A program made the translations under genes and the position numbers. A DNA stretch of 64,000 nucleotides from Candidatus Marinacidobacterium sp. (GTDB lineage Bacteria > Acidobacteriota > Vicinamibacteria > Marinacidobacterales > Marinacidobacteraceae). Shown piece by piece: positions 28,512 through 38,816 of this stretch. The notes under the pieces are model-generated. The model ran no database searches and was not told the DNA's origin. It saw only the letters and a list, made by a program, of their open reading frames with translations. Position 1 is the first letter of the stretch, and the number at the start of each line of letters is the position of its first letter. The DNA is taken from the NCBI GenBank assembly GCA_965204755.1, contig OZ242011.1:3232001-3296000 (forward strand), read 5' to 3'.

Positions 28512-29912
28512 GTGTCCGACGCCCCCGATCGCAAGGGGTTCTTGGCGCTCCTCCGCGAGTCGTTCCGCAGTTCCGAAGACCGCGACCTGACCTCCGGGCC
28601 GCTCTCGCCGGCGGTGCTGGTGCTCGCGGTGCCGATGGCGCTGGAGATGGTGGGCGAGTCCATCTTCGCGGTGGTGGACGCGCTCTTCATTTCGCGCCTC
28701 GGGTCGGCGGCGCTCGCGTCCGCCGGGCTGACCGAGACGGCGCTCGACCTGGTCTATGCGGTGGCGATCGGGTTCTCGTTCGCGGTGACCGCCGTGGTGT
28801 CCCGCCGGGTGGGCGAGGGGGACCGCCGGGCGGCGGCGCGGGCGGGAGTCCAGTCCATCGGCCTCGGGCTCGTGGTTTCGATCGTCCTCGGAGCGGTCGG
28901 CGTGTTCTTCGCCCCGCACGCGCTCCGGGTCATGGGCGCGGACGCCGACACGATCGCCGTGGGCACGACCCACGCCCGGATCATGTACGCCGGGATGGCG
29001 ACGATCATCCTGCTCTTCCTGAACAACGCCATCCTCCGGGGCGCGGGGGACGCGCAGGCGGCGATGCGTTCGCTGTGGCTCGCCAACGGGATCAACATCG
29101 TCCTCGATCCCTGCCTGATCTTCGGGCTGGGCCCGTTCCCGGAACTCGGATTGCCGGGAGCGGCGGTGGCGACCACCATCGGCCGCGGGATCGGCGTCCT
29201 CTACCAGTTCCGGGTGCTCGCGCGCGGCCCGCGGCTGAAGATCCTGCGGGAGGACCTGCGCGCCGAGTGGGACGTGCTGCGAAACCTCTGCCGGGTATCG
29301 ATCGGCGGCATCGGGCAGATGCTCGCGGACATGCTGCCCTGGATCCTGCTCATCCGCATCATCGCCGGATTCGGGACCGTCGCGGTCGCCGGCTGGGTGA
29401 TCGCCATCCGGGTGGCGCTCTTCGTGATCCTGCCGTCCTGGGGTCTCTCGAACGCCGCCGCCACGCTGGTGGGTCAAAACCTCGGCGCCGGGAAACCCCA
29501 CCGCGCGGAGCGGGCGGTCTGGATCACCGGCGGCTGGAACATGGCGTTCATGGGCGCGGTCACCGGCGTGTTCGTCGTCTTCGCGGCGCCGATCGCCGGC
29601 ATCTTCACCACGGACCCGGAGGTGCTCCGCACCGCGGCGACCGCCCTGCGGGTCGTGAGTTACGGCTATGTGTTCTACGCGATCGGGATGGTCACCCGGC
29701 AGGCGTTCAACGGCGCCGGCGACACCCGGACGCCCACGGTCATCGACCTCCTGTGTTTCTGGGCGTTCGAGATCCCGCTCGCCTGGCTCCTCTCCCGCAC
29801 GGCGCTCGGCGTGGACGGCGTGTTCTGGGCGGTCGCGGTTGCCTATTCGCTGTCCGCCGTGGTGAGCATGTTGTGGTTCCGCCGCGGGAAGTGGAAGACG
29901 ACGAAGGTCTGA
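28512..29912 (+). CDS. MATE family efflux transporter
   Basis: LAVPMALE, RGAGD, NIVLDPCLIFG, VGQNLGAG, FNGAGDTRTP. Confidence 0.92.
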   Translation: MSDAPDRKGFLALLRESFRSSEDRDLTSGPLSPAVLVLAVPMALEMVGESIFAVVDALFISRLGSAALASAGLTETALDLVYAVAIGFSFAVTAVVSRRVGEGDRRAAARAGVQSIGLGLVVSIVLGAVGVFFAPHALRVMGADADTIAVGTTHARIMYAGMATIILLFLNNAILRGAGDAQAAMRSLWLANGINIVLDPCLIFGLGPFPELGLPGAAVATTIGRGIGVLYQFRVLARGPRLKILREDLRAEWDVLRNLCRVSIGGIGQMLADMLPWILLIRIIAGFGTVAVAGWVIAIRVALFVILPSWGLSNAAATLVGQNLGAGKPHRAERAVWITGGWNMAFMGAVTGVFVVFAAPIAGIFTTDPEVLRTAATALRVVSYGYVFYAIGMVTRQAFNGAGDTRTPTVIDLLCFWAFEIPLAWLLSRTALGVDGVFWAVAVAYSLSAVVSMLWFRRGKWKTTKV

Positions 29913-29956
29913 GAGCCCTTCGCGTCGCCGCGCCGCCTGCCGGTAACCTGACCGGT

Positions 29957-31378
29957 ATGGCCCGCCACTCCTTCCGGCGATTCGTTCGCGCGTTTCGCGC
30001 TCCCGCTCTCGGCGCCGCTCTCGCGGCCGGGGGCGCCGCTCCGTCGCCCGCCGGGGAGGCGCCGCTCGCCCTGGTGGGCGTGACGGTAGTCCCGATGGAT
30101 CGCGAGCGGACGCTCCCGGATCACACGGTGTTCATCCGCGGCGGGCGGATCGCGGCGCTCGGCCCCGCGGACGCGGTCGAGGTTCCCGCCGACGCCCGGC
30201 GGGTCTCCGCGGCCGGTCGCTTCCTGATTCCCGGTCTCGCCGAGTGGCACGGCCACCTGCCGGGGGCGGGGAGCCCGCCGCAACTCACGGAGGATGTGCT
30301 CTGGCTCTACGCGGCGAACGGCGTCACCACCGTGCGCGGGATGCAGGGGCACGCGAGCCAACTCGAACTGCGCGACCGCGTCGCGGCGGGGGAATTGGTC
30401 GGGCCGCGCCTGGTGGTGGGGAGCCCGGCGATGAGCGGGCGCGTCGAGTCCCCGGAGGAGGCGCGGCGGCTGGTGGCGGAATACGCCGAGGCCGGTTTCG
30501 ACCTGCTGAAGGTCCACGAAGGGTTCGCCCCGGAGGTGTACGCGGCGCTCGCCGCCGCCGCCCGCGAGCGGGGAATCCCCTTCGCCGGGCATGTGGCGGA
30601 CCGGGTCGGTCTGTTCGATTCTCTGGTTGCGGGGCAGGACACGGTGGACCACCTGGACAACTTCGTGGAGGCAATGATTCCGGAGACGGCGCGCGCCGGA
30701 ATGGAGGCGCTCCGCGGGATCGCCTCGCTCGCCGACCGGGTGGAGCGGGAGCGTCTCGACGCCGCGGTGGCGGCGATTCGGGACAGCGGCGCCGCGGTCG
30801 TTCCGACGATGGTGCTCTGGGAGTCGGGCATCCTGCCGACCCGGCCCGCGGAGGCCCTGCTGGCGGAGCGCTCCGAAGTTCGGTACATGCCGAAGGAAAC
30901 GGTCGAACGCTGGACCGCTGCCGTGGAGCAGGGTCTCGCGCGGCCGGGAGCGGAGAACCACCGGGCCGTCGCCGCGCTGCGGCGGGACATCCTGGCCGCG
31001 CTCCACCGCGCCGGGGTCCCGATCCTGCTCGGAACGGACTCGCCGCAGATATTCAGCGTTCCCGGTTTCTCGGTCCCGCGGGAACTGGCGGTCTATGTGG
31101 AGGTCGGGATGACGCCCTGGGAGGCGCTCCTGACCGGCACCCGAGCGGTGGCCGAGCATTCGGCGCGGAACGGTTGGATGCCCGGGGACTTCGGGACGAT
31201 CGCGGAGGGGAAACGCGCCGACCTGGTGTTGCTCGAGGGGAATCCGCTCGAGGACATCGGCGCCGCGGGCGCGGTCGCCGGCGTGGTGCTGTCCGGGCGC
31301 TACCTGGACGGGGAGGAGATCCGCGCCGCCCTCGCGGCCATCGAACGGCGGCGGGCCGCGGAGTCCGCCGGTTCCTGA
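29957..31378 (+). CDS. Amidohydrolase family protein
   Basis: PGLAEWHGH, NGVTTVR, LGTDS, GKRADLVLL; signal peptide. Confidence 0.88.
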   Translation: MARHSFRRFVRAFRAPALGAALAAGGAAPSPAGEAPLALVGVTVVPMDRERTLPDHTVFIRGGRIAALGPADAVEVPADARRVSAAGRFLIPGLAEWHGHLPGAGSPPQLTEDVLWLYAANGVTTVRGMQGHASQLELRDRVAAGELVGPRLVVGSPAMSGRVESPEEARRLVAEYAEAGFDLLKVHEGFAPEVYAALAAAARERGIPFAGHVADRVGLFDSLVAGQDTVDHLDNFVEAMIPETARAGMEALRGIASLADRVERERLDAAVAAIRDSGAAVVPTMVLWESGILPTRPAEALLAERSEVRYMPKETVERWTAAVEQGLARPGAENHRAVAALRRDILAALHRAGVPILLGTDSPQIFSVPGFSVPRELAVYVEVGMTPWEALLTGTRAVAEHSARNGWMPGDFGTIAEGKRADLVLLEGNPLEDIGAAGAVAGVVLSGRYLDGEEIRAALAAIERRRAAESAGS

Positions 31379-31396
31379 CTCGCGCCGGCCGGTCGG

Positions 31397-32566
31397 TTAC
31401 GAGAGTGCGCCGCCGGCGATCCGGTCCGGCAGGGCGGGCAGGTGCGAGACCGGCAGCGCGGAGATCTTCCCGGCGAGCGGATACGGTTCGTCGCCGGGGT
31501 AGATCACGAAGAGGTGGTCGAGCCCCAGGTCGGAGAGAGCCGTGTGCATCGAGCGCGTGGTTCCGGGAGCGTCGCTGAACTTCACCTCGAAGCCCAGCCG
31601 CTGCTGTCCGCGAATCAGCAGCAGGTCGAGTTCCGCGCCGGTTCGGGTTCTCCAGAAGAAGGCGCTTCGCGGTCGGAAGGCGGCGAGCGCCTGCTCGATC
31701 GCGAACCCCTCGAACGACGCGCCGACCTTCGGATGCCCCGACAGGCGTTCCCGCCCGGTAGTTTCCAGCAGACCGTGCAGCAGCCCGCTGTCCCGCAGGT
31801 AGATCTTCGGTGAGCGGACCTGCCGCTTTTTCAGGTTCTCGAACCAGGGCGGGAGTACGCGAACCAGGTAGGTCCCGGCGAGGATGTCGAGATAGCGGCG
31901 GGCCGTGCCTTCGCTCGAACCGAGCGATCTCGCGAACTCCGCGGCGTTCCGGACTTGGCCGTGCCAGTGCGCGACCATCATCCAGAACCTCCGGAGCGCC
32001 TCGGCCGGGATGCGAATTCCCAACTGGGGGAGGCCGCGCTTCAGAAAGGTGCTGACGAAGTCGTCGCGCCAGTCGGTTGCGTCCTCGTCGTCGGCGGCGA
32101 GGAAGGAGCGCGGGAAGCCGCCCCGCAGCCAGAGGTCTTGCCAGCGCGCCGTCCCGACTTCCTCCAGGTCGAATCCGGTCAGCGGGACCAGCCCGACCCG
32201 GCCGGCCAACGACTCGGACACGCCGCGGACGAGCGTCGGCGACGCGCTCCCGGTCAGGAGGAATCGCGCGCGGTTGTCCGGCCGCTCCGCCAGGACGCGC
32301 AGGACTTCGTAGAGATCCGGCCGGCGCTGGATCTCGTCCACGACGACGAGGCCGCCCAAGGCGCCGAGCGCCTGCTCCGGGGCGGCGAGACGCTCGCGGT
32401 CACGCGGCCGTTCCAGGTCGAAGTAGGCCTCGGCGCGCTCGGCCTCGGCGATTTCGGAGGCGATCGTCGTCTTCCCGCACTGCCGCGGGCCGTTGAGGGC
32501 TACGACCGGATGGCCCCGGAAGGCGCGGTGGACCCGAGCGATGACCCCGGGCCGGGGAAGGAGCAT
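31397..32566 (-). CDS. AAA_14 ATPase + DUF4143 protein
   Basis: GPRQCGKT, VDEIQ, LTGSAS, SESLAGR, RGGFP, PKIYLRDSGLLH, ELDL...FEVK. Confidence 0.9.
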   Translation of the reverse strand: MLLPRPGVIARVHRAFRGHPVVALNGPRQCGKTTIASEIAEAERAEAYFDLERPRDRERLAAPEQALGALGGLVVVDEIQRRPDLYEVLRVLAERPDNRARFLLTGSASPTLVRGVSESLAGRVGLVPLTGFDLEEVGTARWQDLWLRGGFPRSFLAADDEDATDWRDDFVSTFLKRGLPQLGIRIPAEALRRFWMMVAHWHGQVRNAAEFARSLGSSEGTARRYLDILAGTYLVRVLPPWFENLKKRQVRSPKIYLRDSGLLHGLLETTGRERLSGHPKVGASFEGFAIEQALAAFRPRSAFFWRTRTGAELDLLLIRGQQRLGFEVKFSDAPGTTRSMHTALSDLGLDHLFVIYPGDEPYPLAGKISALPVSHLPALPDRIAGGALS

Positions 32567-32582
32567 GTCGCCAGTTCAACCC

Positions 32583-32613
32583 GGCATATCCGCAGTCCGG
32601 ATGCGGATTTGCC
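32583..32613. promoter_or_regulatory. Inverted repeat (12-bp arms, 7-bp spacer) upstream of the AAA-DUF4143 gene; possible operator
   Basis: GGCATATCCGCA-gtccgga-TGCGGATTTGCC, 11/12 complementary. Confidence 0.5.
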
Positions 32614-32706
32614 ACCTCACCGTTCGGCGAGGAAGTTGACGGAATCGGCCGGGAGGTGGTCGGGGGCCGCGCCGGGGTAGCCGCCGGGTCGCCGGAGAAC
32701 CGGTCT

Positions 32707-33450
32707 TCAGTCGGCGGTGAGTTCCCCGAGGATCTCGCCGATTTCGCCTCTCAGCACCAGGTCCGCGAGGTCGTCCGCCGGCGTCGGTTCGCGGTTCACG
32801 ATCACCAGCCGGGCGCCGGACTGCCGGGCCAGTACCGGAAGCGCCGCCGCCGGGTGGACCACGAGGGAGGAGCCCACGGCGAGGAAGAGGTCGCAGTCGC
32901 GGGCGGCGTCCGTGGCGCGGGCGAGGACTTCCGGGGAGAGAGCCTGTCCGAAGGAGACGGTCGCCGGCTTCAGCAGGCCGCCGCAGCGCCGGCAGCGGGG
33001 GGCCGGTTCGCCGTCCTGCACCCGGCGGAACGCCTCGTCGAAGGGAATGCGGTCTTCGCAGGAGAGACACGCCGCTTCCGTGTTCGTGCCGTGCAGTTCG
33101 CAGACGGTTTCGCGCGGAAGGCCCGATCGCTGGTGGAGCCCATCTATGTTCTGGGTGATCAGCAGGGCGAGTTTCCCCCGTCGGAACAGGCGGACGAAGG
33201 CTTCGTGCCCGGCGTTCGGGGCGGCGTCCCGCATTCCCGGCCAGAGCAGGACTTTCTGCCGCCAGTACTCGACCCGGGACTCTTCGTTCGCGAGGAAGTC
33301 GTCGAAGTACACGGTCTCGAACCTCGCCCATACCCCGTCCGGGCTGCGGAAGTCCGGGATGCCGGACTCCGTGGAGATCCCCGCGCCGGTGAACCCGACG
33401 ATCCGTGTTGCGGAGCGCGCGAGCGCCCGCGCGCGGGCCAGCGGATCCAT
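32707..33450 (-). CDS. cobB: NAD-dependent protein deacylase (sirtuin)
   Basis: GAGISTESGIPDFRS, TQNIDGLH, ELHG, two CxxC Zn pairs, GSSLVVHPAA. Confidence 0.92.
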   Translation of the reverse strand: MDPLARARALARSATRIVGFTGAGISTESGIPDFRSPDGVWARFETVYFDDFLANEESRVEYWRQKVLLWPGMRDAAPNAGHEAFVRLFRRGKLALLITQNIDGLHQRSGLPRETVCELHGTNTEAACLSCEDRIPFDEAFRRVQDGEPAPRCRRCGGLLKPATVSFGQALSPEVLARATDAARDCDLFLAVGSSLVVHPAAALPVLARQSGARLVIVNREPTPADDLADLVLRGEIGEILGELTAD

Positions 33451-33500
33451 CGGCCGATGCCGCCTCCGTTCTTCCGCGGCCCGGGAGTTCGCGCGGGGAG

Positions 33501-34877
33501 TCAGCGGCCCCGGCCCAGGCCCCGCCCCAGGCCCCGATAGAAGCCCCGCTTCAACATGCGGAAGGTCGTCGAGCCCGGGCGGACCAGGTTCTTGCAGCGG
33601 CGGGAAAGGTCCAGGACGAGGAACTCCAGCGGCGCGCGTCTTCGGTACGCGGCGCGGTACGCCTTCAACTCCGCCTTGGTGCGGGCGCCGCCGTTGTCGG
33701 CGTATCTCGCCACATACGGCGTGAAGTCCGGATGCAGGCCGTGCTTCGGTCGGAGCCCGTGGATGGTGGTGCGCATGTAGTTGCCGATGAGCAGGTCGTC
33801 GAACACCTGCGCCCGGATCGCGGTCATGAGCGAGCCGCGCGGGGCCTCGAAGGTGAGGCCGCGCCCGTGGCCCCGGCCGAGGTCGATCGTGTGCTCCCTG
33901 CCGCCGACGCGCAGCCTGATGAAGTCCCAGGCGGAGGACAAGTGTTCGATCTCCGAAAAGTACCGCGACGCGTCCCGGAGGTCGTCCGGGTCGAGTTCGT
34001 CGCTCCAGTTGTCCCCGAATTCCTCCGGCTCGTGGAGGATCGGTTCGTTCGGCGCCGGGCGGATCTCCTCGAAGGCGTCCGTCGCGCAGGAATAACGGAC
34101 GAACGGGGGGAAGTTCCGGTGGGCGTTTCCTTCCCGCCGGGGCGGGGGATACTCGTCCACGCGGACCGAGTGCTCCGCGGCCCAGATGCTGTCCTTCCGC
34201 TGGTACCGGTGCAGGGAACTGAAGGGGATGAACGCCGTGGCGCCGACCAGCCGCATCTTGTTCCGGATCTTCACTTCCAGCGGGACTTTCTCGACCACGC
34301 TGCCGGGCAGCGCGCGGCGGCCGTCCTCGTCGTGGACATTGATCATGTCGGTGTCGCCGTGGCCGGTGAGGCTCAGGACGAAGGAACGGTCGAACCCCTT
34401 CACGATCTTGCGGACCGTCATGAGCCAGCCGCTGTCCCACCGCGCGTCGTTCAGGTTCACGAGCAGCAGCCCGTCGAGGTCGATGAGGAGGATGCCGTCC
34501 TGGTTGCAGTCCGCCACGCAGAACACCCGAATGCGGTCGGACAGGCGATGCCACTTCCGATCCTCCAGGATCGTCACCTCGCAACCGGCCTCCCGGTAGG
34601 CGCGCGCGATGCGGCCGCCGAAGTGATCCGGCAGGAGGATCTTCTTCTTCGAGAAGACGGATTCCGAGTCGGCGTTCAGGTGGTCGGGGTGTCCGTGGGA
34701 GATCCAGACGAACTCGCAGTCCCGGATCGCTTCGAGTTGCTGCTCGGGCACCGCGTGCGAGAGCCCCCAACTGCCGAAGTAGGCGCTTCCCTGCACCCAA
34801 GGGTCCGTTACGAGCACCGGCCCCCGGTCGTAGCAGACCAGCGTCGCGTTCCCGATGGTGTCGAAACCGAGATCCAT
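33501..34877 (-). CDS. Metallo-beta-lactamase-fold hydrolase, function unknown
   Basis: LVTDPW, ISHGHPDH (HxHxDH), NLND, FIPFSS. Confidence 0.8.
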   Translation of the reverse strand: MDLGFDTIGNATLVCYDRGPVLVTDPWVQGSAYFGSWGLSHAVPEQQLEAIRDCEFVWISHGHPDHLNADSESVFSKKKILLPDHFGGRIARAYREAGCEVTILEDRKWHRLSDRIRVFCVADCNQDGILLIDLDGLLLVNLNDARWDSGWLMTVRKIVKGFDRSFVLSLTGHGDTDMINVHDEDGRRALPGSVVEKVPLEVKIRNKMRLVGATAFIPFSSLHRYQRKDSIWAAEHSVRVDEYPPPRREGNAHRNFPPFVRYSCATDAFEEIRPAPNEPILHEPEEFGDNWSDELDPDDLRDASRYFSEIEHLSSAWDFIRLRVGGREHTIDLGRGHGRGLTFEAPRGSLMTAIRAQVFDDLLIGNYMRTTIHGLRPKHGLHPDFTPYVARYADNGGARTKAELKAYRAAYRRRAPLEFLVLDLSRRCKNLVRPGSTTFRMLKRGFYRGLGRGLGRGR

Positions 34878-34924
34878 CTCGTTCGTCTCGTTTTTCGGTG
34901 CGCCCTCCCGGGTCTGCGCCGGGT

Positions 34925-36676
34925 TCAGCCGGCCCCCTCGGTGGCCAGATAGGTCTCGGCGATGGCGTCCAGTTTCTCCCGGACTTCGTCGGGGATCTCT
35001 TCCTCCGGCAGGTACTGCACCAGTCGGTGGAGATTCTTCTTGGGCATCTCGTTGTATTGGCCGAGCGCGGCGAAGTAGTTCGCGAGGATCGGTTCCAGAA
35101 CCTCAGTACTGGCCTTGGCGTCGTGGCTCCAGAGAGGCGGCAGGTTCAATACCTGCAGCCCGGCGCGGACTTTCTCGATGGTCCGGCGCATGGTTTCGAC
35201 CCGGTGAGGCGCGAACAGGTCCGGCGTGTCGGTCTTCCGCTGCGCCGCGGCGAACGCGAGGAGGCAGGCCTCGGTGCAGAAATAGTTCTCGATCTCGCGG
35301 CGTTGCCACATCAGAATGCGCAGCGTTTCGTCGGAAGGCGTCGGGGTCTTGATACGGTCGAACAGCGCGACGCCCCGGAGCGTGGCGGATGCCTCACGCA
35401 GGCCGTGGAAGTGCCGCTGCGCAGCCTTCGGTTCTCGGCGGACATAGCGGGCGAACGGGGCTTCGAGCGCTCGCAGCGCGGGCTCGTGGCCGAGTCGCTC
35501 GGCGAAGGCGCGCAGGATCGCCAAGTCCGTCGGCCCCTCGACATAGAGCACCCAACCGGTCTGCTCGGCGAGCGCATAGTCCCGGAACTCGATCTCCCCG
35601 AGCGCCTTGCGGAGTGCGCTCCGATGACGACCGATGCGGTGCGGTCGCCCCACGAACGCGACTACGGCGTCTTGGCCTGCGGCCTCATTGAGGAGCACTT
35701 CGGAATGGGTGGCGATGATGATCTGGCCGCCCGTATTGGACGCCGCGTTGCCGAGCAACTCGTAGATCTGTCGCTGGCGGAGGATCTCCAAGTGGGCGTC
35801 GGGTTCGTCGAGTAGCAGGACGGCGCCCGGATGCAGCGAAAGGAACGAGAGCAGGAGCAAGGTCTGCTGGCAGCCGCGGCCCGAGGCCGAAATGTCGAGC
35901 CGCGTTCCGTGTTCTCGATATCCCAGTTCGATCTCTCCGCGCGCTGCGATATGGCGAGGCGGGTCGAGGTTCACGCCGAACACCTTCTCGACTCTGTCGG
36001 CCACGCGCTCCCACTCTGTCTTGTTTTCTTCGTAGAGCCGGAAGCAGAGGTTCCGAAGCACTTCGGCCGTTCGGCCTTCGCCGATTCGCACATTCACGGC
36101 GCCCGGTTCCAGGCGAGTCTCGTTCAGGGCGAGGCCGGACATGGGCGGCAGGTAAGCCAGTTCCACCGCGGCGGCCTCGTCGGGCACGGAGAAAGCGGCA
36201 GTCGGGTCGTCCCCCCGCAGCGGACGGCAGTAGAAGGACTCTTCGTTGGCGTAGTCGAACTCGAGGCCGCAGGTCCATTCGCCCTTGCCGGCGTCGCCGG
36301 ACACGGAGACTTCGATCAGGATGTTCGTCGTGCGCTGCTTGCCGTTCTCGCGGCGGACATCCCGAACATGCAGGTCGCGCCACAGCATCTTGGCTTGGGG
36401 TACGGGAGCCGCCAGCAGGTCGCGGCGGTTGATCGTGACCCCCGGGCGCTTCTCCGGCGTCTTCTTCCCGGAGCGTTTCTCGATCCAGCGCCGCACGCCG
36501 GCCTGCCACAGCGCCAGCGCCTGGAGGGCGGAGGTCTTGCCGGAGTTGTTGGGGCCGACGAAGACGACCGGGGAGTCGAGTTCGATCTCCACGGACTCGA
36601 ACCGCTTGAAGTTGCGGATCGCGAGCCGCGTGAGTCGCGACCGGGGCGGAGTCGGCGGCGCCGGGGTGTCGGTCAT
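34925..36676 (-). CDS. ABC-type ATPase fused to TOPRIM-like nuclease, paralog of 11076..12746
   Basis: GPNNSGKT, ISASGRG, LLDEPDAH, ATHSE, YVEGPTD, RREIENY; ATGA overlap with the upstream peptidase. Confidence 0.8.
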   Translation of the reverse strand: MTDTPAPPTPPRSRLTRLAIRNFKRFESVEIELDSPVVFVGPNNSGKTSALQALALWQAGVRRWIEKRSGKKTPEKRPGVTINRRDLLAAPVPQAKMLWRDLHVRDVRRENGKQRTTNILIEVSVSGDAGKGEWTCGLEFDYANEESFYCRPLRGDDPTAAFSVPDEAAAVELAYLPPMSGLALNETRLEPGAVNVRIGEGRTAEVLRNLCFRLYEENKTEWERVADRVEKVFGVNLDPPRHIAARGEIELGYREHGTRLDISASGRGCQQTLLLLSFLSLHPGAVLLLDEPDAHLEILRQRQIYELLGNAASNTGGQIIIATHSEVLLNEAAGQDAVVAFVGRPHRIGRHRSALRKALGEIEFRDYALAEQTGWVLYVEGPTDLAILRAFAERLGHEPALRALEAPFARYVRREPKAAQRHFHGLREASATLRGVALFDRIKTPTPSDETLRILMWQRREIENYFCTEACLLAFAAAQRKTDTPDLFAPHRVETMRRTIEKVRAGLQVLNLPPLWSHDAKASTEVLEPILANYFAALGQYNEMPKKNLHRLVQYLPEEEIPDEVREKLDAIAETYLATEGAG

Positions 36677-38808
36677 TCCGCTTCGCTTCCGGTTCCGGGG
36701 TCGTCGTCGGCCTCGGCGAGGCCGGTGACGAAGGCGTAGGTCATCGCCGTTTCGTCGAGGCCGCGGTACCGGCCGGAGCGGCCGCCGTGGCCGGCGTCGA
36801 GGTTCGTGTGCAGGAGGATGAGCGAGTTCGGGTCGGTGTTTCGTTCGCGGAGCCGCAGCACCCACTTCGTGGGCTCCTTGAACTGCACCTGGGAATCGTG
36901 GAGGCCGCTCGTGGCGAGGATGTGGGGGTAGGCGGCTTCGCGGATGTTCTCGTAGGGCGACCAGGCGGCGATGCGGCGGAAGTCCTCGGCTCGACCCGGG
37001 TCGCCCCACTCGTCGTACTCGCCGGTGGTGAGCGGGAGGGTCGGGTCGAGCATCGAGTTCAGCGCGTCCACGAACGGCACCATCGCCACGACGCCCCGGA
37101 AGAGGTCGGGGGCGAGGTTCACGACCGCGCCCACGAGCAGGCCCCCGGCGCTTCCGCCCAGTGCGAACATCCGGTCGGGGTCGCACAGGCCCCGGTCGCG
37201 CAGGAACTCGGCCGAGGAGATGAAGTCCGTGAAGGTGTTGCTCTTGTGTTCCTTGCGTCCGGCCTCGTACCAGGCGCGTCCGAGTTCCTGGCCGCCGCGG
37301 ATGTGCGCCATCGCGTAGAGGAAGCCCCGGTCGAGGAGGCTCAGGCGGCTGGACGAAAAACCCGGATCCATGGAGATGCCGTAGGCGCCGTAACCGTAGA
37401 GGAGCAGCGGCGTGTTCGGGCCCGGCGGCCGGTCGGCCCGGAAGACCAGCGAGAGCGGGATTCGAGCCCCGTCGGCGGCGCGGGCGAAGAGGCGCTTCGT
37501 CCGGTAGTCGCCGGCGCGGAAGTTCGGCACGCGCTCGCGCTTCAGCCGGCGGCGTTTGCCCGTGGCGAGTTCCACCGCGAGAACCGTGGGCGGCATTCGC
37601 GGGGTGCTCACGGCGACGCGCACCTCGTCGGCGCCGGGTTCGGGGTTGTCCTCCGGGTCGAGGGCGCGCACCGGACCGGGCAGGGGAACCGCTCGGGCGT
37701 CGCCGTCGTCCCAGCGGCGGACTTCGAGTTCCTGGCGGCCCCGGCGGCGGAGGAAGAGCGCGAGGTGGGAATCGAAGAGTTCGAAGTCCTCGAGATGCGT
37801 TCCGTCCTCCGCGGGAACGACATCGCGCCAGCCGCGGCCCGGGTCGTCTTCCGGCGCCTCGACCAGGCGGAAGTCGGGGGCGCCGCGATTCGTCCGAATG
37901 TAGAACCGTCCCCGGAAGTGGTCCAACTCGAACTCGTGTTTCTCCTCGCGCGGCACGAGCACGCGGACCGGCGCGTCGGGCCGGCGGCTCGGAACGGCGA
38001 GCGCCTCGGTGCGCTCGGTCTGGACGCAGTGGAGGAGCAGGTACTCGCGCGACCGGCTGGCGGAGACCGAAACATTGAAGGCCTCGTCCTTCTCGTGGAA
38101 GACGACTTCGTCACTTTCCGCCGGCTCGCCCAACCGGTGGCGCTTCACCCGGTCCCAGCGCAGGGTCTGCTCGTCCTGGACGACATAGAGGATCGTGTCC
38201 CCGGTCTCCGACCAGACCAGGTTGGGAGCGGTCCGCGGGATCTCGTCCGGCAGCAGGCGCCCGGCGTCGGCGTCGAGGAAGCGGATCGTGTAGATGCGGC
38301 GGCCGACGGTGTCCACCGCGAAGGCGTAGAGCCGGTGCTTCGGGCATACCTCGACCGTCCCGAGGTGGAAGTAGCCGTCCGCGGCGTCCCCGTGCGCCTC
38401 CCGGGCCAGTCGGTTCCCGTCGAGGAGGACGCGCCAGCGCGCGCCCTTCTTCGGGGTCTTGCGGCAGAGCGCCGGGTATTCCTCGCCCTCGCGGTATCGC
38501 CACCGGTAGAGGAACGGGCCGTCGCGCAACGGCGGCGTGGAGGTGTTCGGGACGATCCGCGCCTTCAGTTCCGCGAGGATCTCTTCCCGCCGGCCCGGGA
38601 ACCGGCCGAGCGCGCGCTCGGTCCACTCGTTCTCCGCCCGCAGGTGGTCGAGGACTTCCGGGTCATTTCGCTCGCGCAGGTAGGCCCAGGGGTCCGTCCG
38701 GCGGACGCCGTGGTCTTCCGAAGTGACCGGCCGCTTAGGCAGCGTCGGCGGCGCCGCGGCGGGCGGCGCCGGCCGCGGCCGGGACGGGCGCGCGCCGCGT
38801 TGGCTCAA
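36673..38808 (-). CDS. ptrB: Oligopeptidase B (S9A)
   Basis: YGYGAYG, HIRGGQELG, GGSAGG, VPFVD, EYDEWGDP, HDSQV, AGHGG; probable TTG start after a GAGGGG RBS. Confidence 0.88.
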   Translation of the reverse strand: MSQRGARPSRPRPAPPAAAPPTLPKRPVTSEDHGVRRTDPWAYLRERNDPEVLDHLRAENEWTERALGRFPGRREEILAELKARIVPNTSTPPLRDGPFLYRWRYREGEEYPALCRKTPKKGARWRVLLDGNRLAREAHGDAADGYFHLGTVEVCPKHRLYAFAVDTVGRRIYTIRFLDADAGRLLPDEIPRTAPNLVWSETGDTILYVVQDEQTLRWDRVKRHRLGEPAESDEVVFHEKDEAFNVSVSASRSREYLLLHCVQTERTEALAVPSRRPDAPVRVLVPREEKHEFELDHFRGRFYIRTNRGAPDFRLVEAPEDDPGRGWRDVVPAEDGTHLEDFELFDSHLALFLRRRGRQELEVRRWDDGDARAVPLPGPVRALDPEDNPEPGADEVRVAVSTPRMPPTVLAVELATGKRRRLKRERVPNFRAGDYRTKRLFARAADGARIPLSLVFRADRPPGPNTPLLLYGYGAYGISMDPGFSSSRLSLLDRGFLYAMAHIRGGQELGRAWYEAGRKEHKSNTFTDFISSAEFLRDRGLCDPDRMFALGGSAGGLLVGAVVNLAPDLFRGVVAMVPFVDALNSMLDPTLPLTTGEYDEWGDPGRAEDFRRIAAWSPYENIREAAYPHILATSGLHDSQVQFKEPTKWVLRLRERNTDPNSLILLHTNLDAGHGGRSGRYRGLDETAMTYAFVTGLAEADDDPGTGSEAE

Positions 38809-38816
38809 CGGCCCCC

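Noticed and set aside
32707-33450. Sirtuin as a defence SIR2 NADase (Thoeris/DSR-like)
   Set aside because: Short, with the Zn-binding CxxC pairs and canonical CobB motifs; no fused defence domains
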